DNA of 63,160 nt, filler included, from Octopus bimaculoides (Eukaryota): the NCBI RefSeq assembly GCF_001194135.2. It is 4 parts of 4 records of this genome, joined end to end, with 100 filler letters (N's around TTAATTAATTAA, not from the genome) between each part and the next. Parts side by side here need not be neighbours in the genome. Positions count along the whole stretch, not along the records: positions 1 to 29,959 come from NC_069001.1; 3 more parts are not named here. One strand, 5' to 3'. The notes beneath the pieces were generated by a model. It made no database searches and had not been told where the DNA came from. It worked only from the letters and a program-made list of their open reading frames with translations. Numbering within the stretch: position 1 is the first letter of the stretch; each line of letters opens with the position of its first letter. Of the stretch, positions 1 to 12,200 are shown piece by piece. A program made the translations under genes and the position numbers.

Positions 1-246
1 CTATTTCCTTGGTAAAGCCGTGTACTGTCTGTAGTAGTGTTTCTAGCTCTTTGTCTTTTTTTGCATATAATTTTAGGTCATCCATATATAGAAGGTGGCT
101 GACTGTTTTTCCATAGCATTTGTAACCGCATCCAGTTCTATTTAGCAAATCTGTTAAAGGTGTGAGTGCCAGGCAGAACAGGAGTGGAGAGAGCATGTCT
201 CCCTGGAATATTCCTCTTCTAATGGGGATGGCTTTCGTTTTCACAA

Positions 247-247
<1 letters not shown>
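1..247 (-). mobile_element. R4/Dong-like non-LTR retrotransposon RT fragment, 5'-truncated, continuing off the window edge
   Basis: Minus strand translates LVKTKAIPIRRGIFQGDMLSPLLFCLALTPL...SHLLYMDDLKLYAKKDKELETLLQTVHGFTKEI (QGD and YMDD RT motifs). Confidence 0.85.

Positions 248-309
<62 letters not shown>
248..309. repeat. (TTA)n microsatellite running into a Nox splice acceptor
   Basis: About 20 TTA units ending a few nt before the AG at 313-314. Confidence 0.95.
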
Positions 310-314
310 TTTAG

Positions 315-415
315 AATTCAATTTATGAGATGTTCATGATGCTGCCCGGAGTAAGTGGTGCTATAATTACTTTTGCTCTCATTATCATGTTCACCTCATC
401 AACTCACCTTATCAG
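315..415 (+). CDS. Nox: Nox exon (TM4): [34 protein letters not shown]
   Basis: tttag acceptor and gtaag donor; phase 0 in, phase 2 out; aligns with NOX2 [25 protein letters not shown]. Not in the ORF track in this frame. Confidence 0.9.
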
Positions 416-3400
416 GTAAGTCTTTACTTCCTTTTCATAAGATTTATGTTTGTTTACATTCTAAAACAATACAGATAAATACATTTTATATATTTCTACT
501 TATGCAACCAGAAAACTCATGTATTATATTTACTTTAGGACTACAAAAAGATCTTGTAAAGAATAATGGAAAATTAATAAAAATATCTATGAAGCATCAG
601 TAAAATAAAGAAAAAAAAGCTTATCTTTTGTCTTCAAGAAACTAAGAGTAGCTAAGACAATAGATGGTTTTGAATAAAAGAAAAAGAAAAACAACAAGAA
701 TTGTGGAAATGTTAAAATTTAATAGGTCTATAAAATTCTATGATAAAACAATAACAAGAGAAGTCCTACATAGCAAATAGCTAACAAAACTCAACAGAGG
801 GGAAATAGAGAAGGAAAATTCCCAATACTGGTTGAGATGTGTAGGACTGAGAGCTAAGGCTGAAAGATTCTTGAATGTGCTCAAAGCTTCTCCACCAAAA
901 CACTAAAAACATGTGATGAAGTAGAATACATTTTAAGTAACTGCTAAATATAGAGCAATTAATCACATTGTCTCTGTCTGGTTTCTCAGCTGAGTAAGGA
1001 TACATGCACAGGCATGACAGGTTTGGGACTCACATAGACAGGAAGTTATTTCAGCACCATGAAATACTAACAGAAAAGTGGTGGTATATACATACACCAA
1101 AAAAAAAAAAAAGACAAAGCAACTATACCCTGCTAATATGCATCAATAGCTTGATCAATGTCAATTGACTAGATATTGTTATCAAGGATCACCAGAATAG
1201 GAAGATTTACCTAATCTAACTATCAGTCCTGATACAATGTATCTTTCACAGGAATTAAGAAATTAAGAAATTATCCAAATATAAAGACAGCCCAGGAAGT
1301 TGAAAACTGTCTAACCACTTCAAAATTTTGGCCATACAACATTCATATCTAATGCAAATCAGGGACAATAGAGAAAAGTTTTCAAAATGTTTGTGTATTT
1401 TTGGATAGTTTTATAATACAAATGTTCTTTGCTCTGACTACAATATTCTAGATTTAATGTCATTTATAAAATTGTTTTCTTCCATTTTCGAAGTTATTTT
1501 GTTAAATCCTTTTTGTAATTGGAGTTAGGATCAATGTGTAATTTCTCATAAAAATTTTTGTCACTAAAAGATTCTTAAAACTTGTCCATCATTATGACAG
1601 CACCCTACTGTTGCAAGAAAGAAAGAAAGAAAGAGAGAGAGCGAGAGAGAGAGAGAGAGAGAGGTTCTTTTCATTGTGCAACAGCTGAGTCACATTAACT
1701 CCATCACAAACTCTAACAGAAATGCTATGATTTATAAAGAAGGAGCTGTCATGATTCCCATTTGGTGCATAAAGCTGCACCAAACAGAATTTGATTTATG
1801 TTGGTTGCACAACAGAAGAATTAAACAAAGATTTAATGGACGTAGGTATGACATCAGGCACAATAATTGTACTTTGGACAAAATTTGTTCAGCATTTTAC
1901 ATCAAGCAGCTGTAAATCTGATAAGCAACTTTCTCAGAGAATATTCAGACTCCACTGAATTTTCAGTCCTCAAAACACTTGAAGGTAAATATATTTGTAA
2001 GTTACTAACATCATGCCCGAAGGTGAAGAACAAAATAACAGGAAAGCTTCATCAAATTTATTCAAAATAAACAAGCAAAACTTGACATTTTTTTTTTGTT
2101 GAAAAAGGTATGCAGGAGAGTCTAGATGAAATGTTGAATTTGTGCATTTCTGTATATTTTTAATTTTTCATTAGTCTTGTCTTATTTTAAGGTGGTGAGC
2201 TGGCAGAATCATTAGCATGCTGGATGAAATGCTTAGCAGTATTTTGTCTGCCGCTATGTTCTGAGTACAAATTCCTGCCGAGGTTGACTTTGCCTTTCAT
2301 CCTTTTGGAGTTGATAAATTAAGTACCAGTTGCGTATTGGGATCAATCTAATTGACTGGGCCCCTTCACCAAAATTTCAAGCCTTGTGCCTATAGTAGAA
2401 AGAATTATTCTTGTCTCATTTTCAACATGAACAAAACAGACATACGGTCAAAATATTGCTCAATTCAATAAACAAAGTCAGTGTTTTATTAGAGAGAATC
2501 ACTTCTAGCCTCACCCTCTTATAATTGTGTATTTACATTAAAGAAGAGTTACACCAGCCTTCATATCATCAACATTAATTAATAATAATCCTTTCTAATT
2601 TTTGACACAAGGCCAGTAATTTTGATGGGTGGGATCTAGTTAATTACATTAAACCCAGTGCTCAGTTGATGCTTATTTTATCAACCTCAAAAGGATGTAA
2701 GGCATAGCTGACCTTTGCAGTATTTGAACTTGGAACATAAAGAGCAGGAAGAAATGCTGCTATGCATTTTGTCTGGTGTGCTAATGGTTCTGCTAGCTTG
2801 CCTTATTATTTTTAAGACAGAGAGCAGGAAGAACAGTGAGCATAGTGGACAAAATGCTTTGTGGAATTTCACCTGTGTTTCTCTTCTGAGCTCAAATTCT
2901 ACTGAGGTTGACTTTCCCTTTCATCCTTTTGGGGTTAATAAAATAAGTGCAGTCAAGTATTGGGATTGATGTTATCAATTTCCTTCTCCCCTCAAAATCT
3001 GCTGGACCTATGCTGATAATAATAATTTATTATCATTATTACTATTATCATTATTACTATTATCATTATTACTATTATCATTATTACTATTATCATTATT
3101 ACTATTATCATTATTACTATTATCAAGGCAGTGAGCTGGTTGAATCATTAGGATGCTGGACAAGATGCTTAGCAGCATTTCTTCTGACTTTACATCCTGA
3201 GGTCAAATTCTGCCAAAGTTGATCTTGCCTTTCATCTTTTCGGAGTTGATGAAATAAGTACCAATTGAGCCCTGGGATTGATGTAATATCATCTAGCATC
3301 TTACTCTGAAATTTCATACCTTGTACTTATATTAGAAAGAATTATTGTTATTATTATTCTCATTATTGTTGTTGTTACAGTGGTGAGTTGGCAGAATCGT

Positions 3401-3825
3401 TAGTATGCTGGGCAAAATGCTAAGCGGCATTTCGTCCGTCTTCACGTTCTGAGTTCAAATGTTGCCAAAGTTGACTTTGCCTTTCATCCGTTTGGGCTCA
3501 ATAAAATAAGTACCAGTGACACACTGGGGTCAATGTAATTGGCTTGTCCACTCCACCAAAATTTCAGGCCTCGTGCCTATAGTAGAAAGGATTAATATTA
3601 TTAAGGTGATGAGCTGGCAGGATTGTTAGCAAACCAGACTGAATGCTTAGCAGCATTTTCTCCATGTTTATACTCTGAGTTCAAGTTCCACCAAGGTCAC
3701 CTTTGCCCTCCATCCTTTCTGGGTTGATAAAAATAGTACTAGTTGAGCACTGGGGGGTCAATGTAATTGACTTGCCCCTCCCCTGAACTTTTTGGCCTTG
3801 TGCAAAAATTTGAAACTATAATGAT

Positions 3826-3863
<38 letters not shown>

Positions 3864-4809
3864 TAAAATACTTGTTTCTGTTAATTACAGGCGATCTTAT
3901 TTTGAGGTGTTCTGGATCACACATCACCTATATATCATCTACTTCATTGGATTAATTGTTCATGGTTTTCAGTGAGTGTATTGTTTATAAATATAAATTG
4001 AATTCTGTTTCTGAGTCTCGCCTCTTGTAATGCCATGAAACTGATTCATAAACTGATTCTTCAAGAAACTGATTCATAAGCATCAGTGCTTGACTTAGTT
4101 TCATCTTTAAATGGGGGGGGGAAAAAAAAAAAATCTCCTTGTGTGGATAGGATTTTCTGATGATTAGGTAATTATTTTCAGCAGCTAATTGCATCAATGT
4201 TCTTAGATATATTAGGCACATGGTTGACTGGTACTGGAGGGGAGGGTATCACTTCTAGCTTTAAGCATGTTGAGGAATTTATATCAGTGAAGAACATATA
4301 TATTTTTATATAATTCTTTTATTTGTTTTTCATTTTTGTGAGATAAAGTTCTTAAAGTCACTGATAGTCGTGAAAAGCACTATTTCATCCTCTTTTTAAC
4401 TTGCCAGCATGATATAACTTAAGACTTGAAATTTATTATGCTAGATTCATTTTTTTCTTTGTCTTCTAACAGTAGAAAAAAGAATAGTACACTTAGAATT
4501 CAGCTGCCTGCTCAAATACAGAAGAATACTGTAATATCTATTGTAAATTTGAACTCAAGAGCTATGAGCTGATAAGGTTCACAGTGGTGACAGGTAATCT
4601 TATATGTAACTCAGTCATACTAGTATACTATATACCTGCACCAACATATATATGTTTGTCATAATAAGGTTCTCTGATACAGTAGCTCTAAACTCTTTTT
4701 ATTGTCATAAGAATAAGACATGCTGATGCATTGATACCCAACCAATTCTAACTGTTCAGGTGCAGTGTAAAGGTCTGTTTCATATGTATTTATATATATN
4801 NNNNNNNNN

Positions 4810-4853
<44 letters not shown>

Positions 4854-5254
4854 CATGGTGGGATTATAATAGTTTTATGAAAAAATATATTTTTTAAACC
4901 TTAACTTGTTTCAGTCATTAGACTTTAGTCATGCCAAGGTACCCCCTTGAAGAGCTTAGACCAGCCACATGTGACCCTTGGGACTTTCTGAATGGTATGC
5001 CTAATAAAAAAATTACCTTGAATTTCTTTTAGTAGTGTGGTTCACCTGACGAGGAACCATGTCTTATGGTGCCCACTTCTCAAAAAGGGTAGTGCATACC
5101 TGGTTTAGTTGGATAAAGTGACTCCAGTACTTGTACTTATTCTATTGGTTCCCTTTACTGAACTGCTAAGTTAAAGGGACATAAACAAACTGGCATCAGT
5201 TGTCAAGTGATGGTGGGGGACAAAATCAAACACAAGAACATGCACACATGCATG

Positions 5255-5301
<47 letters not shown>

Positions 5302-6225
5302 CACACACACATACACACACATGCACACACACTCACATCTTTATATATATAAATAATTATATACATAATTGTAACAAGGGATTGGAAACAAGCCTCTCCA
5401 CATGCTGAAAATAGACACTAAATGATGCTAAAAACCACCTTAAAAACACCAAAGACACAGGTTGTAGATGGGCAAAAGAAAAATGATAAATCAAACTTTT
5501 GGCTAATCATGTATTAAAACTAATTATATACTTACTGCCTTCATCAACACAGACACTCCAGAGTATAAATGTACAAGTATCTACACATACCCATACGAGA
5601 GTGAAGTCACACAGTAATATATATACACACTTGCAAAAATATACAGTAAAGTGAAATTTATGTTTTTCTTTTCAACCACATGTTACTTATCAAAATAATG
5701 TTGCAGTGAATACAACTCTGATCCATCTACAAATTGTGTTTTTAGAATTTTTAAGATGGTTTATAGTGTCATTTGGCATCTATTTTCAGCACATGCAGTA
5801 GCTTGTTTCCGATCCATTGTTATAATTATGTACATAATTCTTAATATAGTATTTAGAAAATTTACCTATAAGGTTTTTTATTTCCGTGCTGACCACATGA
5901 TAGAATCATGAATGATTTTATCCTTTATTATACAAATAGTACATATATATATTGCATATATATATATGTGTGATTTGAGTTCTATTTTTCTATTCACATG
6001 ACCAAACATATCTATACTACAGTATATAATGTAACCACATGTGATGTGAATCGTTGGTGATTTTCTTCCTCCGTCTTCCCTTCTATTGGACCTTCCTCTG
6101 TTTCTGAAGAAGAGCGTCTGCTTGAAAAGTTAAACCATCTTTTTTTCCTTCTTGTTGTTTTCGATTCTTCACTTCATTTTTCTCCTCTCTGCAACTCCCT
6201 GCTGCTGCTGCTGCTGCTGCTGCTG

Positions 6226-6265
<40 letters not shown>

Positions 6266-9200
6266 ACACTCAGGCACATTTAGTTTGTAACATACATTAA
6301 TATCCATGTTTTCGTATTGCAGAGGTGTTGTCAGAAAGCAATCTAACATTGATGAACATGACCCTGAACTTTGTGCCAACTTATATAATGATTGGGGGAA
6401 TAAAGCCCCATGTTTGGTGTATCCTAAGTTTTCTAGTTCACCAGCTCAGGTAAGAAACCACTCATATATGTAAAAACTGTATTAAAACAGGAACAACTAA
6501 TGCATCTACAATAATTCTTATAAGAATTTCTTTCATAACATAAGGTGTTGCTGTGTGGTAAGAAGCTACTTCTCAACCACATGGTTCCGGGTTCAGTCCC
6601 ACTGTGTGGCACCTTTAGCCTGGACCAAATATATAGTGCATGTGTTTAATTGGCAAAATATAACCATCCCCAGGTATAACAATATTTGTTTCAGCACACG
6701 ATTACACATCAAGAATCTTGCAAAACAAATACATAAACATAACAATTTTAGATTGTTCAGGAAAAAAACCTCACTCTGCTTGCTTTAAACCTGCTTGTCT
6801 GCCAGACAGATTTCAATATCTATTTCATTATTGAGCAGTTAATTGACGGTTTCAAATTTTGACACAAGACCGGTAATTTAAGGGAAGGGGTTATTTGATT
6901 ACATCAGTCTTGGTGCTCAGCTGGTACTTATTTTATCATCTGAAAAATGAAAGGCAAAGTCAACCTCAGTGGAATTTGAACTCAGCGTAAAGACAGACAA
7001 AATACCACTAAGCATTTTGCCTGGTATGCTAATGATTCTGCCAGCTCACCATCTTTGAGTTGTTAATTAATAAAAAAGGTCTTAAGTTGCAAAAGAATAT
7101 TTTCTTTAAATATGACAACATGCAGATATTCAAATTTAGAAAATTACAATCATTTTCATATGCAATTCTATTTATGTAACTTGAATAAGCACACCCTTAT
7201 TGGATGCTATATTAGTAGGGTCTCCTCTATCACTAACTATGTAGACAGGCCAAATAGTTTTTATTGAAGCTTTTTGATTAGTTTAGCTGACAATTATGAA
7301 TTGAAAATTAGAAATATCTATGATTTTAATTTCTTTGAATAATGATTGTAAAAGTTCATGAATTAAAGTTCTCACTTTCCTCTCTTTCTACTTCACACTA
7401 TTTCTAAGCTTTTATGTGAATTAATATTTTATATTGCTTTTCAGTCATGGAAATGGATAATTGTACCTGTTATCATATACATTATAGAATGTTTGATTTC
7501 TCTTATTCGTTCAAACCAGAAGGTGAAAATTGTTAAAGTGAGTTACCTATTTTTTATTTATTTGTTAAAAACATAATATGATTGGGTAATTAATGTTTTG
7601 AAATACAGATCATATATACTACAAGCACAGTGTTTCATCTTTGAGAAGTGTAGATAATTCTACTTCAGTTCAATTAATTGTAAGCAGCAAATATCAGATT
7701 TATAAGTATAAAACTAGTGATAAAGTTTGAAAATAGAAAAAAAATCTATATTTCATTTATTTAATGCTGATTTACCCAGATAACTAGTTTCCCACATTAA
7801 AGTTAATTCAAATTCCTCTTAATTTGGACTTATGTTATGCTTAACTTGGACTTATGACTAACCACTTCAAATGAAGTTACCACCAACACACTCATTCATT
7901 TGAAACTTTAATACAAAATCAGATACTTGATTTTACTCATCATCATCATCATCATCATCATCATCTAATGTCTATTTCCCATGTTGGCATAGGTTAGACC
8001 AGAGCTGGCAAGCCAGAGAGCTGCATCAGGTTCCAGTCTGTTTTGACTTAGTTTCTATAGCTGGATACCCTTCCTAACACCAACCACTCCACAGAGTGTA
8101 CTAGGTGCTTTTTATGTGACACCATTACAAGTGCTTTTCAATTCTGAAAATTTTATAGTTAAACAGAAGATAGACAGATATCTGTATGTATATTAAGCAA
8201 AGTAACTAGTTCTAAAATCTTTATAAAATATGCAAGTAGTAACTCTACTGAACATTATTTGTATGTATATTATTTTGGTTTTATTTAATTTGTTTCTCAT
8301 TATTGTGTCTGTCACAGGTAGTTAAACATCCCAGTCAAACCTACCAACTACAAATGAAACAAGCTGGAGGATTCAGAATGTCACCTGGTCAATATATATT
8401 TTTAAAGTGTCCTGCTGTTTCAAAATTGGAATGGCATCCTTTTACACTGACATCGGTGAGATTTTTAAAGCTTGTACTGTTTATTTGTTTTGTCCACTCA
8501 TTACATCATCATATTCTTTTCAGCCTCCATTTTACTACACTTTACCTAAAACAACAATCCTCTGGCTTCAGTCTACTTCGGATTACTAAAACTACAGCCA
8601 ATCCTTTTTTCTATGGAAACCAGATCTATAGACTCAAAATTTCATTACACTTAACTGTGGAAAGCAGTTTTATATACCAGTCTATCTTTTGTTGAGGAAT
8701 GCAATGTCTGAAGATATGTTTTTGTTGAGATATGTCAATTTTACTGAAGCAACATGACTTGTACGAAATATCAAATTTAATTTTTTGGCAGATCATTATT
8801 GGAATAACTAAGAAATTTAATTTCGCAGTTACGTAAAGAAACTATTTGCCCTCAGTATTGGCAATATCTTTGGTGTAATCAGTGTTCGTTTGTTCAAATA
8901 CTGAAACTGTATCACTTTTGAGTGTTCTTATTTTTCCTGACTTTTCCCTGAGATTTCTTAACTACTTTCAGAATCTGTCATCCCATTTATTATGCATTTC
9001 TTGCTTATCAGTACCTCAAATTTAGTTCATTTTCATGAAACCCATATTCATAATTAGAGGGAGTAGCCATCAACTGGTTGCTCTGAATTTTTTAAACCTA
9101 ATGTTCCACCTACTTCAACATAGAATATTCTGCCACACATAAAATTTGTTTCACATGACTGACCTTTGTTTAGCATGAATGACATTCTTTGTATCTCTCA

Positions 9201-12200
9201 GTGAAATTTGGTAAAATTTGCTGAACTTTACCAAAATACAAAAATACCTCAGCCTAGAAAGTAGTAACAAGTAATAGAAATGCAGGGTTTTAAAATTAAA
9301 ATCAGAGGTATACATCATCATCATCATTTAGTGTCTTCTTTCCATGCTGGCATGGCTTAGACAGTTTGACTGCAACTGGTAAGCTGGAGAGCTGCACCAG
9401 ATTTGAGTTTGATTTTGGCTTGGTTTCTACAGTTGGATGCCCTTCTGGGAGTGTAGTGAGAACCTTTTATGTGTCACCGGCAGGAGTGCTGTTATGTGTC
9501 ACCAGCACTCGCCACAACTACGCCTTCATTGGACACTATTTCGTTTGCCCCAACAGGTCTTCACAAGCTGAGTTTAGTGCATCAATGGAACGACTGTGCT
9601 ACTGGGACAGATTGAAAGAGCTATGACTCTATTCCCTGGAATGAAGGCAGGAGAGGTATGCAGTGATATATACATGGAAGATACTGGAAGGACTGGCACC
9701 AAATTTTGGAAATAAAGAGCTATACCAGACCATGAACGGGACGTCACTGTGCTGTCCCCACTGTGCCGACTGCTTCATCTCGGGCAAGGACGATGTACTG
9801 CAATAGCTTGGGTTTCAAGGGCCCACAGCTGTTTAACTGTCTGCCGAAGCATCTACTTTTTAGATATAATGGTAAAACAAAATCTATTCTGCACAACTTC
9901 CACACGCCTACTTACAGCTCTTCCTTATACGTCAGCTAGAAAATCCCTTTATATCATTCTCTATGTGATACCATAAACCTGAAAAATCATTTTGACTTGG
10001 ACCCCAAAAAATAAAGATTCAGAAAACTTTTTTTTGTTCATGAAAGTAAATCCTTTTATCTGCAATACATAAACACTTGTCTGTTTATAATATTATCTAG
10101 GCACCACAAGATGATTTTTTCTCTGTGCACATTCGTACTGTTGGTGATTGGACAAGAGATTTGGCCAAAGCATGTCACATTGAAGATCCTGGTGAAGCAA
10201 CTTCTAATGAATTACCAGAGTAAGGATCATCAACTTTTTCTTTTTGTGCTTGTATTTTTTTTTATCTGAAAACTAGTTGTCTTCTGCATCTCCATCATTA
10301 CCACTGTCTTTACTTTCATTAAGCTAATTTTTTCATCTTGTCATGTATTGTACATTTTACTGATCCCTTGCACCATATTTCATTAGATTATGATGCATGT
10401 TTTTACTAAAAACTACTTTTCCTCTGTCACCTACTGACAGAGAGTAGATGATTTTGTTTATTCAGAGGACCGAGAATTTCATGTCATCCTGGGCAAGATG
10501 TTCCTCTCTTTGTTGGATTTTACATATCTTCTTGTTGGGCTCTTCTTTTTCTTTTTTCCAAAGAAGACAAATTTTTCTATCACTAACATCTCTCTTATAA
10601 AGCAATATCTAACAAGGTACTCAAATCGTCCAACCCATGCTAGCATGGAAGGCGGACGTTAAACGATGATGATGATGATGATGATGTTATGTTCAACAGG
10701 ATCAGGGAAGAAATTTGCAACGAGTGTTAGCTTCTTGATTTAGATGGAATAGTTTTCTAGAGTGATTTATGAAAGTAGATCATCTGTTTATCATTGAATG
10801 CAATCATGATATGAACACTTTTTATCATGGAAAGCAAGAATTAATCTGTATTATTAAAGCATCACTGGAACCATTTAAAGTTAGCGCAGAAAAAACTTAG
10901 CAGCCAAGAATTTCCATTAGAAGGTGTTTTCTTATTTGCTCTTATACAGTACTTCAATCATGGAAGCAGTTATAAGATGTAGGAAGTTAACAAATGTTTG
11001 GCAGTATTACCAATTAAATATTCATTTCTTCTGCAAAGTAAATGTTATTGTAGTTGTTGACTCTTTATTTTGTAACATTGATGAAGATACTTAAGAAATG
11101 CTTACCCAGACTTTTTTGATAACCATGGTTGAGAAACTTGATGCAGCTGAAGTGAAAAGTCAAAACTCTCATTAAACAACAAGCTAAGAGTTCAAAGAAA
11201 CCTCAGACTGAAACTTGATATTCACAAAGTGAAAAACACACATTCAGTTGTATTGAAGATAATTTCACTCACATGAAAAGAAACTATGAAAGGACATTTT
11301 GTAACTAAAGTAAAAAAAATAGACTGAATGACCTCATTCAATTTGATTCTAGCTTATAAAATTTCATTCTAATGTTTTTTTGTATTCATTAAATTTCAAA
11401 CACAGTGGAAGGATATTGATATCGTTTATCAACCGCAACTGACTAAAAAACCCCATTAAATTGTATTATTGGGTGCGCAAGGAAACAATACAAACATTAG
11501 TAAAGTTGTGGGGGGAGGTGTCTGTCAACCTGATCCATCTTTCATTTAATTATGTTGTTTTAATTATTGAGTGCTTCATCATACTTTTTCTTATTTATGA
11601 TATTTAAAATATAAGGACACAGATATTGTGTTGTATAGCCAGCTGGAAATGACATCTCCTGGGGTTAAACAACAGTGACAATTGTCCCTTCCAGGAGAGC
11701 CACATCATATTGGCAAATAGTCTTTACTTTGAAGTACTGTTACTGAATGTCTCTCTTTGAGAAATTTAGAAATGATAATGTTTCTATTTCTTAGATCAGT
11801 GCCTGTGTGTCACTTTACAAATTATACATTTTTGAGCAGGAATTTGGCAATGTCACCTAAGCTAAGCAGCTACTCTGTGCTGATAAAGAGCAATAACCCA
11901 GAAACCGGTCCACAGATGTTGCTTTGTGCTGGAGCAGGGTGCTGAGCTCCCTGTTTGAAAATATAAGGACACAGATATTGTGTCGTATAGCCAACTGGAA
12001 ATGACGTTTCCTGGGGCTAAACAACAGTAACAATCGTCCCATTCAGGACAGCCACATTATATTGGCAAATAGTCTTTACTTGAAAATAATTGTCCTTTAA
12101 AAATCATATTTTCATTTTGGTTAAATTGTCCATTAAATCTCACAAATTTCCTTTGTAATTCCCTTTAATGTGTGTTTTGTAATTTTTCTATATTTCTTTG

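Noticed and set aside
5046-5075. CTGACGAG plus a stem II-like hairpin; similar half motifs at about 18237, 43471 and 48006
   Set aside because: The GAAA half or the pairing of stems I and III is missing or badly broken; at best dead remnants.
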